From positions 1 through 64,000 of the forward strand of contig JAUQPB010000002.1 in NCBI GenBank assembly GCA_030550585.1: 64,000 bases of DNA, read 5' to 3'. The translations under genes and the position numbers were made by a program. This stretch comes from Thermoproteota archaeon (GTDB lineage: Archaea > Thermoproteota > Thermoprotei_A > Sulfolobales > Ignisphaeraceae). Below are positions 1 through 10,186 of this stretch, piece by piece; the stretch's first letter is position 1; each line of letters opens with the position of its first letter. The notes under the pieces were generated by a model, which saw nothing but the letters and a program-made list of their open reading frames with translations, was not told the DNA's origin and ran no database searches.

Positions 1-2
1 AG

Positions 3-158
3 CTGCCTGATGGTGGGGAGAAGGAGCTGGTTCCAAAGAAGGTTTGGAGCCTATCTCCAAAGGGTAGGAAAGGAGTTAAGATAGGGCTGTTCCAAGACCC
101 AGCATCAGGAAAATACTTCAGAGCTAAGGTACCAGACGACTACCCAGAATGCAGCTAA
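3..158 (+). CDS. creN7: Cren7 chromatin protein (5' truncated by window edge)
   Basis: Not in ORF track; frame 3 reads [51 protein letters not shown], matching the Cren7 signature [24 protein letters not shown]. Confidence 0.93.
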   Translation: MPDGGEKELVPKKVWSLSPKGRKGVKIGLFQDPASGKYFRAKVPDDYPECS

Positions 159-228
159 ACAAAACAAACACACCCATGTAAAAACAAAACTTTTTAAACC
201 ATTTTTTACCCAAACTTCTAGGCTGTCT

Positions 229-1530
229 TTGTTGCTTCCAGCAGAGGTTCTAGAGGTCTTAGATGTAGTTAGAAGGCATAACACTTGGAGAAAATTTGAG
301 TGTATAAACCTGATAGCGTCTGAAAACACCATGTCTCCATTGGCAAAGGCTCTATATGTTAATGATATGATGCATAGATATGCTGAGGGCAAGCCTGGGA
401 AGAGGTTTTACCAGGGATCCATATTCATAGACATTCTAGAGACTAGAACATCTGATTTGCTTGCAAAGCTGTTTAATGTCAGGTTTGCAGAGGTTAGGGC
501 TATAAGTGGTAGTATAGCTAATGCAATTGCATTTAGATCTTTTGCTAGTGTTGGAGATGTTGCTCTTGTGCCAGCTCTTCAGAGCGGTGCCCACATATCC
601 CATACAGAATTCGGTGTTTTGGGTGCTCTAGGCATTAAACATGTTGAAATGCCTTTCGATTTGGATTCGTGGAACATTGATGTTGACAAAGCTGTGAAGC
701 TCATAGAGTCTATTAAACCACGCATAGTTGTTTTGGGGGCGTCGCTCTATCTATTCCCCCATCCAACGAAGCCTATAGCCGAAGCTGCATACTCTGTGGG
801 GGCTAGGGTTGTCCACGATGTTGCCCATGTCCTCGGCCTTATCGCTGGCGGTGTATGGCCAAACCCCGTGCATGAGGGTGCTGACGCAGTAACTGCTTCT
901 ACCCATAAAACGTTTCCTGGGCCCCAAGGAGGGCTGATATTGACTAACCGCGAGGATGTGTACAAACTGGTTTCAAACAATGTTCTCACATTTGTCAGCA
1001 ACCACCATATCCATAGACTTGCAGCAACAGCTGTTACGGCTATTGAGATGATGCATTTTGGGAGTGCATATGCTGATCAGATAACTAGGAATGCTAGAGC
1101 CTTTGCAGAAGAGCTTGCCTCCCAAGGGCTACCTGTAGTTGCTGAGAATCTTGGATATACAAAATCGCATATTGTGGCCATAGACGTTAGAAAGTTTGGT
1201 GGGGGTGCCAAAATAGCTAAACTGCTTGAAGAGGCCAATATCATAGCCAACAAAAATGTTCTTCCATGGGACAGGCCACAGGATGCTCCAAACCCAAGCG
1301 GTATAAGGTTCGGCGTCCAGGAGATGACCAGGTTCGGAATGAAAGAGGGGGAGTTCAAAGAGATTGCAAAACTTATAGCAGATATCATTGTTAGAGGGGC
1401 AGAGCCCTCCAGCATAAGGAGAAAGGTTGTTGAGCTCAGAAAAGACTTTGTCAAGGTGCACTACGGCTTCGATCTGCCAGAGGATCTCGGTAAGAAAACT
1501 ATATATGAGTTCATTGAAATGGGCATATAA
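229..1530 (+). CDS. glyA: Serine hydroxymethyltransferase
   Basis: NLIASEN, YAEG.PGKRFYQG, PLP-lysine motif STHKTFPGPQGG. Confidence 0.97.
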   Translation: MLLPAEVLEVLDVVRRHNTWRKFECINLIASENTMSPLAKALYVNDMMHRYAEGKPGKRFYQGSIFIDILETRTSDLLAKLFNVRFAEVRAISGSIANAIAFRSFASVGDVALVPALQSGAHISHTEFGVLGALGIKHVEMPFDLDSWNIDVDKAVKLIESIKPRIVVLGASLYLFPHPTKPIAEAAYSVGARVVHDVAHVLGLIAGGVWPNPVHEGADAVTASTHKTFPGPQGGLILTNREDVYKLVSNNVLTFVSNHHIHRLAATAVTAIEMMHFGSAYADQITRNARAFAEELASQGLPVVAENLGYTKSHIVAIDVRKFGGGAKIAKLLEEANIIANKNVLPWDRPQDAPNPSGIRFGVQEMTRFGMKEGEFKEIAKLIADIIVRGAEPSSIRRKVVELRKDFVKVHYGFDLPEDLGKKTIYEFIEMGI

Positions 1531-1593
1531 AGCAAATAAATTTATATATTCTTTGCACCGCCCAAGGACACAACACATTTTTGGTACAGCGTC

Positions 1594-2262
1594 ATGGAGA
1601 CGAGCAGAACAAAGACTTTTTTAGAAATGGTTTTTCTAGAGGTTGCTGCCCTAGCCATATTCACAGCAATAGTTAAAGTAGGCATTTTGAGGAATCTGGA
1701 TAGCTCTCTATACAACATACTCCGAATAGACAACACACCAATTGTCTCAGTATTCTCCGAGACTGGAAGCATATACGCATTTTTTGCAATAGTTGTAGCC
1801 CTCTTCATAGCAGATCTTATGAGATATAGACGGATAACCCTGTTTACAGCAGGACTGGCACTGATATTCATATTGAACAGCGCCTTGGTGTCTGTTCTCA
1901 AAACCTCTCTCCAAATTCCAAGACCGGTTACCTCCAGTAGCAACAGCTATGCAAACCCGCTTGAGGCGCTAGATGTCTTCAGCTATCCCTCGGGGCACAC
2001 TGCAAGAGCCTTTGCAATAGCATCGTATTACAGCACCTCTGCAAGAAAGCAGGGTAGGGTTGTGGCCATATCTCTCTACATGTGGGCAATAGCAATAGCA
2101 TTTTCGCGGCTTCTTCTAGGGGTTCACTGGTTCAGCGATGTAATAGGTGGTGTACTGGTCGGCATACTATCAACACACCTGGTGAACATGTCCCTGCCCC
2201 ACATAATCAAAGTGCTTCCCAAGAAAATCATAAAGACTATGATCACATGGACTTGGGGCTAG
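1594..2262 (+). CDS. PAP2-family membrane phosphatase
   Basis: K..L.IPRP, SYPSGH, SRLLLGVHWFSDV motifs; hydrophobic helices. Confidence 0.92.
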   Translation: METSRTKTFLEMVFLEVAALAIFTAIVKVGILRNLDSSLYNILRIDNTPIVSVFSETGSIYAFFAIVVALFIADLMRYRRITLFTAGLALIFILNSALVSVLKTSLQIPRPVTSSSNSYANPLEALDVFSYPSGHTARAFAIASYYSTSARKQGRVVAISLYMWAIAIAFSRLLLGVHWFSDVIGGVLVGILSTHLVNMSLPHIIKVLPKKIIKTMITWTWG

Positions 2263-2415
2263 CAAAAGCATTTTCTCAACCGTCCATAAACCACACATAC
2301 ACTACTACACATAATCACCTGCAGAAATCTTGCCGGTCAAAAACAGAGGGCTAAAGAGAAAAGAGAGTCTATAAAGGATTTGCAGATAATATCAAAACAA
2401 TGTAAACGATATGCG

Positions 2416-2958
2416 CTACAACATTTTACTTCGCTTAAACGCGTTTTTGAAGACATGGAAAATGTAGAGGAGTATTCCAGCAAATAGCAGTAGGAATAGA
2501 AGCTCCTTTGGATATCCCCAAGCGTTATACAAAGGGTTTGCCTGAACAGGGTAAAACGGCTTGATGTCGGTGTATAGCGGTGAATCCACCAATATGTGGA
2601 GATCCCATCCAACCACACCCCCAACTAGATAGCCAGCAAGACCAATCTCATTCTCTACTAGTGCCAATCTTTTGAAGAACTCGGCATGCATTTTACGGGT
2701 GGTGTACATCGCATAGCCCAGCAACAGTCCACTTAGAGATCCCAATAAAAATGAGTGCATATAGCCATGAAGCGGATACCGCTCCAAAACATCGATAAAC
2801 ACAAGAAAAGGCTCTAAATCAACAACCACACTAGCTAGAATAAATGTAGGCCAATGAATCTTCCTACGGAAAAAATATCCTACCAAAAGTGCAAAACCAA
2901 GATGATAAGGTGTAAAAGGCATATGTTGCTTACCCATACCAAATGAAGCCAAACACAC
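2416..2958 (-). CDS. Membrane-bound metal-dependent hydrolase (likely start MPFTPYH near 2922)
   Basis: MPFTPYH...VDLEP...LHGYMHS...HILVD motifs. Confidence 0.75.
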   Translation of the reverse strand: MCLASFGMGKQHMPFTPYHLGFALLVGYFFRRKIHWPTFILASVVVDLEPFLVFIDVLERYPLHGYMHSFLLGSLSGLLLGYAMYTTRKMHAEFFKRLALVENEIGLAGYLVGGVVGWDLHILVDSPLYTDIKPFYPVQANPLYNAWGYPKELLFLLLFAGILLYIFHVFKNAFKRSKML

Positions 2959-3304
2959 TTATTTATTTAATGCAGATTGTTTGTAGGCTAGATGGCTTCT
3001 TTATGCATATCATCTATTCTAGATCAAGTTGCAACCAACGAATTTTTGCCTACCATACACTACAAAATAGGTTTATTGGATGATCGTTATTATGTAGCTA
3101 GAATAGCTAGTGATCTTGTGATAAGCAAAAGCTTGCGCCAGAAAAGAATAACATCATAACCTTAGATGTAGCTTCCTGAGCTTGTCTAAGAGCCTCCATA
3201 TAACTGCTTTACCTATCCTAGAACCTCTTGAACGCTGTCTCTACGATGTAAGCTTTTATGAGGTTTGCAAGACCTTGTAAAAACACATGCGGGGCGGTGA
3301 ATCT

Positions 3305-3392
3305 TGGCGCCGGGGGCGGGATTTGAACCCGCGCGGGGTTGTCCCCCACCGGCTTAGCAGGCCGGCGCCCTACCAGGCTAGGCGACCCCGGC
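3305..3392 (-). tRNA. tRNA-Ser(GCT)
   Basis: Cloverleaf on minus strand, anticodon arm ccggc-CT GCT AA-gccgg, long variable arm, encoded CCA. Confidence 0.95.
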
Positions 3393-3513
3393 TCGCAGAA
3401 AGTCCGATACAGTAGTTCTGGTGTTGGGCGTTATAAGGTTTTTACATAATTGGTTGCTGTTTTGCGGTAGATTTCAAATATATTCTGCTGGTAAAGCGTT
3501 TTTTAGTGGTTTT

Positions 3514-4554
3514 ATGGCTAGGATTGATGTTGGTAGAGCTCCTAGTGGTTATGTTGATTTGGATTCGAGGAGTCTTGTTGAGAAGTTCATTGCTGTTTTA
3601 GAGGCTTCGGGGGCTGATGAGAAGACTGTTAAGAGTTATAGAGCGGCTTTAACGGATTTCTTCAATTTTGTTGGCTGGAAAAATGTTAGAGAGATTACAT
3701 ATGACGATTTCTATATGTGGAGAATTGAGAGGCTGAGAAACGGTTTTCCTGGTGAAAAGTATGGGGATAGAAGGTCTAGAGAGGCAACGCTATACTACTA
3801 CACGATATTCCTTAGAAGGTTTTTTGAGTGGCTTGGAATAGAAATCAAAATCCCGCAGGTTAGGAGGCCTCGCAGAAAAGAGCCTCCGGTTCTCAAACAA
3901 GAAGAGATTGTAAGACTCTTCAACGCCTCTAGAGACTTTCTAGACATGCTGATTCTAGCACTGTTGCTAGAAACAGGTCTGCGTGCTGAAGAGCTTCTAA
4001 GCCTCAGGTTTGGCGACATCGATTTAGAGTCGAGAGAGATAAGGGTGAGGAACGCTAAATACGATGAGGAGAGGACTGTTGTTGTGGGGGATCTTACATA
4101 CAACCTCCTCTCACAGCTACTATCAATAAAAGCTTTTGATCCAAACGAAAGGGTTGTGCCCCTAAGCTATAGCGGGCTGTACAAAAGGTTGAAGAGCCTT
4201 GCAAAAAGAGCTGGGATAGACCCATCGAAAATCAGGCCACACATACTCAGACACACGTTTGCAACAGAGGCTCTTAAGAAGGGCATGAACATAGTGTCTT
4301 TGCAGAAGCTTCTTGGCCACAAGGATCTCAAAACAACACAGATTTATCTACACATCATGAGAGAGGATGTTAAAAACGAGTATCTAAAGGTGTTTAGAGG
4401 TGTTATGCCTGTGCCAACAATTCCTATATACGGCAGCGGCTTTGAACAGCAGAAGAATGAGAAAAAAGCTATGTCCACATGCCCCTACTGCGGAGCCGAG
4501 GTGCCGCCAAATGCTAGGTTCTGTCCCTACTGCGGTGCTAGGATTCAGAAGTAG
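3514..4554 (+). CDS. xerA: XerA-like tyrosine recombinase with C-terminal zinc ribbon
   Basis: SAM-like N-domain, [30 protein letters not shown] catalytic set; C-terminal CPYCG..CPYCG; ATG 3514 preferred. Confidence 0.82.
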   Translation: MARIDVGRAPSGYVDLDSRSLVEKFIAVLEASGADEKTVKSYRAALTDFFNFVGWKNVREITYDDFYMWRIERLRNGFPGEKYGDRRSREATLYYYTIFLRRFFEWLGIEIKIPQVRRPRRKEPPVLKQEEIVRLFNASRDFLDMLILALLLETGLRAEELLSLRFGDIDLESREIRVRNAKYDEERTVVVGDLTYNLLSQLLSIKAFDPNERVVPLSYSGLYKRLKSLAKRAGIDPSKIRPHILRHTFATEALKKGMNIVSLQKLLGHKDLKTTQIYLHIMREDVKNEYLKVFRGVMPVPTIPIYGSGFEQQKNEKKAMSTCPYCGAEVPPNARFCPYCGARIQK

Positions 4555-4928
4555 TCTAGTTCATTCATCTCTGCTTCAAATCCGCCGTCAAAATCCTCTG
4601 TTCCTAACAGCCTATATTTGCCATCGTCATCCACTGTAACAATACCGTCATCCATCAGCTTCACCAAACATCTTCTAATCTTGTCTTCGCTGGCTATACC
4701 AGCAAGCTTTGAATGCATATCCTTTAAGGTCTTAGGACCCTCTCTAAGCATATTCAAAACTATTTCTCTAAGCTCATCCTCGTTGGGAGCTGTAAAAACA
4801 ACGACATCAGGGTCTTCATACAATACCTTTAGCGTTATACTCTCTGCATCCCCAACCCCTTTATTCATATCCTCAACGACTCTACTGTTGTCCCCATTTC
4901 CTCTCAAAGCACCATTTTTTCTGGACAT
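4545..4928 (-). CDS. Small winged-helix (ArsR-like) protein
   Basis: GPKTLKDMH...[25 protein letters not shown] wHTH pattern. Confidence 0.65.
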   Translation of the reverse strand: MSRKNGALRGNGDNSRVVEDMNKGVGDAESITLKVLYEDPDVVVFTAPNEDELREIVLNMLREGPKTLKDMHSKLAGIASEDKIRRCLVKLMDDGIVTVDDDGKYRLLGTEDFDGGFEAEMNELDYF

Positions 4929-5089
4929 ATGCGATCACTCATCGACATGGCGACACATTTTTGCTGGGGAACTTGGAGAGCCCAAGAGAGATTGGTTAAT
5001 CTAGCTTATAGGCTTTTCACATACTAAAAGTGATGCTACTTATAAAAGGTTTACCTATAGAAACCACTTAACTACGCTGGTGAGCGTTT

Positions 5090-5464
5090 GTGCCATGCCC
5101 TTGGTACCAATATGGTGTTTGTACCTCTCCAAAGCTCCCAGGCCCGACAGACGCCATTGTATCTGCACAGAGATGCTTGTCTGATACAGAGTATAAAAGC
5201 TGTCAATACTATGTGGAGCCCCCAGCATCTAAGTCAAATCAGCAGAGATCTGTTAGAAAAGATAAGCTAAAGATTTATACCCCAATCCATGCAATTCCAC
5301 AGGAGATACAGATAGAGTGCCCGTTTGCTACAATAACTAGGACAGAGGGGAACATACTCATAGCTTATTGTAAGGTACTTGACAGACCTCTAACTAAATA
5401 CGAGGCAATAACCTGTAGCAAATATTGGAGAGACTGTCCCTACAGATTGGCATCGCCAGAATAG
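5090..5464 (+). CDS. Cys-rich hypothetical protein
   Basis: Two CPW/CPF...C..C repeats; upstream TATA-like box. Confidence 0.65.
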   Translation: MPCPWYQYGVCTSPKLPGPTDAIVSAQRCLSDTEYKSCQYYVEPPASKSNQQRSVRKDKLKIYTPIHAIPQEIQIECPFATITRTEGNILIAYCKVLDRPLTKYEAITCSKYWRDCPYRLASPE

Positions 5465-5467
5465 AAA

Positions 5468-6574
5468 CTATGTTGATATTGGATATCTAGCTATTGCTGC
5501 AAGACAGAAGAATGTGTCTTTAAACCACTGATACTCGTCAATGCTATTGGTTATCGCAATCAGTTTGGCCCCGCTTTCGCTACTCAGCTTCTCATATTTT
5601 TCGAATTCTGGGTGATCCTCACATATGAGAAGCTTTTCAACAGCACCATTTCTAAGAGCCTCTTCAACATCTTTCTCTCCGTAGATTACATACCCATCAT
5701 CTTTGGCTATATGGAGCTTAAACTCCTCGAATGTGTTCAAAACCTCTACAAACCTCTGCTTGGATAGTATGTCTCTAGCCTTTGTAACCACCTCTCTGAG
5801 ACCCACAACACCTTGGTATGCCACATCTATGGGCTCTCCGATAATGAGGTTCCTAAGCCTATAGTCTAGATTGTCTGCCTCCTTCAGAAAATCCAGTTTT
5901 GCATAACCTGGACCCGCTATAATGATTCCCTTAAGCTTCTTGGACTCTAGCAGTGGAAGGAAGTAGCTATTGGCTTTCTCAGCTACATGCTTGTAGAACT
6001 CCTCGACCATCTGCTCTATAATCCTATCAAACCTTCTCTGACTCTGCCCACCCTTGTGATGCTTCCCCGGGATGAACCACTCAATCTCATCTAGAACAAG
6101 CACTCCAGATGGTTTTAGCAGACCTATTGTGGCCTCGTCTCTTTCAACAATTATTATCCCATATACATCGGATTCCTCGACCATGGGCTCCAAAAACTCT
6201 GTGTGAAACTCTTTATCAGTTCTATAGAAGTATACAAGTACTGGGTCAGGCGGCGAGAACATGAGCACAACATTGTCTCCGGTATCCTTGTTTATGCCTG
6301 CAAAGACGACTAGCCCATTTTTAGGAACCTCTCTAAGCATTGAAAGCCTCTCTATAGCTGCTGTCAAAGCCCATTGCACAGCATCTTTAGTTTGCTTCAA
6401 CTTTATGTTCTCTGTTATCGACAGTTCCTGGCGGAGCAGGTTAACAACATCGCTTATCGGTCTTCCAGGGGGTATATACAGGCTTAGAAGGGTTGTTGCA
6501 TGGGCACGCCACTTCTTCAACTCCTTTATTATTCTCTTAAGAGTTATTCTGTCTACAGAGAGCTTCTTTTCCAT
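5468..6574 (-). CDS. prf1: Peptide chain release factor aRF1
   Basis: NIK motif, KGGQSQRRF, SLYIPPG. Confidence 0.97.
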   Translation of the reverse strand: MEKKLSVDRITLKRIIKELKKWRAHATTLLSLYIPPGRPISDVVNLLRQELSITENIKLKQTKDAVQWALTAAIERLSMLREVPKNGLVVFAGINKDTGDNVVLMFSPPDPVLVYFYRTDKEFHTEFLEPMVEESDVYGIIIVERDEATIGLLKPSGVLVLDEIEWFIPGKHHKGGQSQRRFDRIIEQMVEEFYKHVAEKANSYFLPLLESKKLKGIIIAGPGYAKLDFLKEADNLDYRLRNLIIGEPIDVAYQGVVGLREVVTKARDILSKQRFVEVLNTFEEFKLHIAKDDGYVIYGEKDVEEALRNGAVEKLLICEDHPEFEKYEKLSSESGAKLIAITNSIDEYQWFKDTFFCLAAIARYPIST

Positions 6575-6714
6575 GTCACTAAATGGACATCCCTCGAACA
6601 CCCGCTTGGAGATGGTTTAATACTATTTTATAGGCTTAAAAGCTTTGCTTATATGCACTTCGCCACGAGAAGATATATTCATGAAAAACTCTGTTCCTAG
6701 GCTACAGGTAGCTT

Positions 6715-7536
6715 GTGATGCAGAGGAACATTCAAGATCAAGACGTTTCTGACACATCTGAAGAAATTCTCTTTCCCCGTCCTTCTGAGGTTTCCTTGGA
6801 ACCCTTAGAAGATTCGCACTATTCTCTGTCGGATAAAGGGCCTAGATCTAGAGTTGTTGAGGCAATACTTCTACTACTCTATGCAAAGCCTATGAAAAGC
6901 TCTGAAATAGCTTCAATTCTAGGCAAGAAAACAAAGCTCATAAGCAGCTATTTGAGTTATTGGAAAAGTAGAGGATATGTGATGTTTAGGACAGGATACT
7001 GGTTTTTGACAAAGAAGGGAGAAGAGCATGTGAAGGCTTTGCTATCCTCGTTGGGTACTCCTGTTCTGTCCCCCTATGACGTGGTACGGTTAGCCCAGAA
7101 ACTTATATCAGAACCAGTTCTAGAGACAGTGAATAGCTGGGGAAGACAGGATGGAAAACCAAAGGAGACTGTAATACAGCAATTCACAGCCTCAAAAACA
7201 GGTTCGTTAGTGGGAAAACAGGGGGCTAAAAACGAAAACGCCATCGAAAAAGCACTCAAATGCCTAGAAAAGATAATAAGTTCAAAGGATCTTCTAGAAG
7301 ATGAGACAAACATTCTTAGACATATGGTTAAGCACTATGCAGAGTGGGGAAGCACCTACCTGTACCTAGATCAGATAAGCGAGGAACTCCACTATCCATC
7401 AAATGAGCTCATACTTATTCTTCGAAAACTGCAGACAAAGAAGTTGATATACATGTACACAGACAAGAGATTCGGTATTAGAGTGGGTCTTGGAAAGAGT
7501 CTCAAACAACTAATAGATGCTTGCCTAGCTAGATAG
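6715..7536 (+). CDS. whiP: WhiP-like winged-helix replication initiator protein
   Basis: GPRSRVVEAILLLL...ISSYLSYWKSRGYV N-terminal wHTH plus second C-terminal wHTH, resembling crenarchaeal WhiP from memory. Confidence 0.7.
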   Translation: MMQRNIQDQDVSDTSEEILFPRPSEVSLEPLEDSHYSLSDKGPRSRVVEAILLLLYAKPMKSSEIASILGKKTKLISSYLSYWKSRGYVMFRTGYWFLTKKGEEHVKALLSSLGTPVLSPYDVVRLAQKLISEPVLETVNSWGRQDGKPKETVIQQFTASKTGSLVGKQGAKNENAIEKALKCLEKIISSKDLLEDETNILRHMVKHYAEWGSTYLYLDQISEELHYPSNELILILRKLQTKKLIYMYTDKRFGIRVGLGKSLKQLIDACLAR

Positions 7537-7677
7537 CTACAACCTCTTCTATCCGAGACCAAAAACCTCTAAAATAGAAAATCCATTTAGAATTTCGTTC
7601 TTTATATAACCATTATACAAACCATTAAGAGAGTCACACTCTTCAGCAAGCAACAAGTTGTTGTATTAGTAGTTGTA

Positions 7678-8358
7678 TTAATAGTCATAAACATAGTTGC
7701 TCCATCCATATTCCCCTACCAGTGGGACAAAAACACATGGAACGCTATCTCTAATCCTAATACCGCCACTGGAGGTTTTATCAACTATTTGAAGAATCTG
7801 CTCCCATCTGCTACCCACAGGTATAACCAATCTGCCTCCAGGCTTTAGCTGCCTCAAAAGAGGCTCTGGGATTGTTGGTGCAGCTGCTGTAACAATTATC
7901 TTATCGAATGGGGCAAAAATCTCAAGTCCCTTGCTACCATCACCTGTAGCAAATGTTATAAAGTCTAGGAGTTGCGGAGCAGCTTTCGCAATGTTGTTTA
8001 TAGCAATCTTCGTCAGACTTCCTATCTTCTCTATCGTGTAGACATGTCCGCCACCCTTCGAGGTTATGTAAGCTAGAATCGCAGCTTGGTATCCAGAACC
8101 TGTGCCAACCTCCAGTACAATGTCTCCTGGTTGTACATCCAGTTCTTCAGTCATTATCGCAACCATGTGGGGGGCGCTAATCGTTTGTCCAAAGCCTATT
8201 GGCAGTGGGCTATCGGCATATGCGTATAGCTTCATGTGCTCAGGTACGAAGTGCTCTCTTGGGATGGCTAGAAAAGCCTCTTCAACTTTTCTACTCTTTA
8301 TTATCCCCTCACTCTTTAACGCGTAGACTAGTCTTTTTCTCTCCTCCTCAAAATTCAT
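7678..8358 (-). CDS. pcm: Protein-L-isoaspartate O-methyltransferase
   Basis: GQTISAPHMVA, VLEVGTGSGYQAA, APFDKIIVTAAAP. Confidence 0.96.
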   Translation of the reverse strand: MNFEEERKRLVYALKSEGIIKSRKVEEAFLAIPREHFVPEHMKLYAYADSPLPIGFGQTISAPHMVAIMTEELDVQPGDIVLEVGTGSGYQAAILAYITSKGGGHVYTIEKIGSLTKIAINNIAKAAPQLLDFITFATGDGSKGLEIFAPFDKIIVTAAAPTIPEPLLRQLKPGGRLVIPVGSRWEQILQIVDKTSSGGIRIRDSVPCVFVPLVGEYGWSNYVYDY

Positions 8359-8431
8359 GTCTAGCCACGCTAAGCGCTTTTTACTTATCTTGCCCTAGTA
8401 GAATATGTTGCTAGACGGGTATTAATCTAAA

Positions 8432-8944
8432 ATGGCGATGAGGAACATCGTGGTCTACGACCGTGTTGAGGCCAGAGGCCACAAAAACATTAGAGCGTTA
8501 CATACAAAAACCTTTGAGTTGACCAAAGACATTGACTTAACGCCAAAAGGCGACTGCATAATAGGGGTTGGTCTCGACAAAGCCGTTGCCGAGCTTGATC
8601 CAAATCTCCTCAACGTTATTAGAAAAGATCATAGTGTTGTTGTGCTGGTTCTCGAGGTTGGAGAATTGAGAGACGTGGTTCTGGCTAGGGGTAGCCAAAA
8701 ACTTGTTCTAGGGGATAAGAGGAGAATAGTAGTTAGAAAAAGCAGGTTCATAGGCCCTGAAACACTTGCTATCGAGGCCAACAAGGCTGCTAGAGACATA
8801 GATAGAAGGATTATTCAAAGGCTTCAAGATCCATCATCAAGACTTGTGGTACACATTTACGCAATTGATATGGAGCCCTATATGAGTACAGGTGGGTATG
8901 CGCCTAGTATTCACACAATCCTAAATAATCTGGTGAGCATATAG
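8432..8944 (+). CDS. DUF371-family protein
   Basis: ARGHKNIRALH.KTFELTKD..LTPKGDCIIGV. Confidence 0.88.
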   Translation: MAMRNIVVYDRVEARGHKNIRALHTKTFELTKDIDLTPKGDCIIGVGLDKAVAELDPNLLNVIRKDHSVVVLVLEVGELRDVVLARGSQKLVLGDKRRIVVRKSRFIGPETLAIEANKAARDIDRRIIQRLQDPSSRLVVHIYAIDMEPYMSTGGYAPSIHTILNNLVSI

Positions 8945-8955
8945 AATGTTTTGGC

Positions 8956-9792
8956 GTGGTGTGCGCATTGAGAATTGTTGTTGTTGCTAGAAGAGACTGT
9001 GAGAAGTGTGGCATTATTGCAAAGAATGTTTTAGAGTATGGCAGAAGTGAACTAGGCGTAGACATGTGCATAGATATGGAGCTCGCAGATCAGATACAAT
9101 GGAGCAACATTTGCAGGGTTGGATATGACCACATAGATGCAGCAATTGTTATTGGCGGCGATGGCACGCTTTTCAGATTTCTTCACAGAATTGGCGATCG
9201 ATGCAGTATACCCATCTTCACTGTAAAGGCTGGTCGCAGAAGCTTTTTGATGGAGGTAGCCCCCGAGGATATATTGAAGAGGCTGAGAGATTTTGTTGAT
9301 GGCAGATATATGGTTGAAGAGTATATAAGGATAAGGCCAAGGATACGCAACAGAAACTCGATACTACCCCCTGCTATAAACGATGTTGTTGTAGCTGGCT
9401 GGGGCTCGAGCAAATTCAAGGTAATCAATCTCGATGTTTACGTAGATGAGGAAAAGCTCTATAGCGTGGCAGGAGATGGTGTAATTATAGCCACACCTGT
9501 AGGCTCAACAGCATATGCGTTGTCAGCAGGCGGTCCAATACTTGACCACTCTCTCAACTGCCTTGTTATCGTTCCTGTTGCGCCGATACAATTCAATACC
9601 AAGCCAGTGGTTATACCATCTGAGAAGAGGGTATCTATTAAAGTCGTCGATGGCGAGGCCGCTGTTGTTGTTGATGGGCAGGTGGCTGAAAATGTTTTTC
9701 CAGGTGAGGTAGTCGAGGTTGTTAGAGAGTCTTGTACTGTGAAACTAGTTAGATTTGAGAGGTTCTCGACGTATGCAAGGCTCTTCAAATAG
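8956..9792 (+). CDS. nadK: NAD(+) kinase
   Basis: GGDGT, IND, DGVIIATPVGSTAYALSAGGP. Confidence 0.95.
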   Translation: MVCALRIVVVARRDCEKCGIIAKNVLEYGRSELGVDMCIDMELADQIQWSNICRVGYDHIDAAIVIGGDGTLFRFLHRIGDRCSIPIFTVKAGRRSFLMEVAPEDILKRLRDFVDGRYMVEEYIRIRPRIRNRNSILPPAINDVVVAGWGSSKFKVINLDVYVDEEKLYSVAGDGVIIATPVGSTAYALSAGGPILDHSLNCLVIVPVAPIQFNTKPVVIPSEKRVSIKVVDGEAAVVVDGQVAENVFPGEVVEVVRESCTVKLVRFERFSTYARLFK

Positions 9793-10177
9793 AAGGGTTT
9801 TGCTACTCGATACAGCGGCATTTATATCAGCAACCCATTTATATGTATACGATAGGTTGTTATATACAACACCTTCTGTCTTAGACGAGGTGAAGGACTT
9901 TGAAAGTGTTCAGAGATTATCGTTGTCCCAGTCTGCGGATAGGATAGTTATTGTGGAGCCTAGCAAGGAGTATATAGAAAAAGCGCTTAGCTTGGCCAGA
10001 AAATTCGGTGCATTGGACAAACTATCTAGAACAGACCTAGAGGTTTTGGCCTTGGCTTTGCAGCTGGTTTCAGAGGGCTATGATGTGACTGTCTTGACGG
10101 ATGACTATGATTTGCAAAAGATTTTGAAGGGTATTGGAATAGAGTTCAAACCCATTAAAACAATTGGTATAAGGTAG
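9773..10177 (+). CDS. Nob1-like PIN-domain ribonuclease (no zinc ribbon)
   Basis: LDTAAFI, LSRTDLEVLALA, LTDDYDLQ. Confidence 0.85.
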   Translation: MQGSSNRRVLLLDTAAFISATHLYVYDRLLYTTPSVLDEVKDFESVQRLSLSQSADRIVIVEPSKEYIEKALSLARKFGALDKLSRTDLEVLALALQLVSEGYDVTVLTDDYDLQKILKGIGIEFKPIKTIGIR

Positions 10178-10186
10178 AAATGCAGT

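Noticed and set aside
2960-3300. Non-coding gap near xerA as a dif site or gene remnant
   Set aside because: No 11-6-11 inverted repeat or convincing reading frame found by eye.
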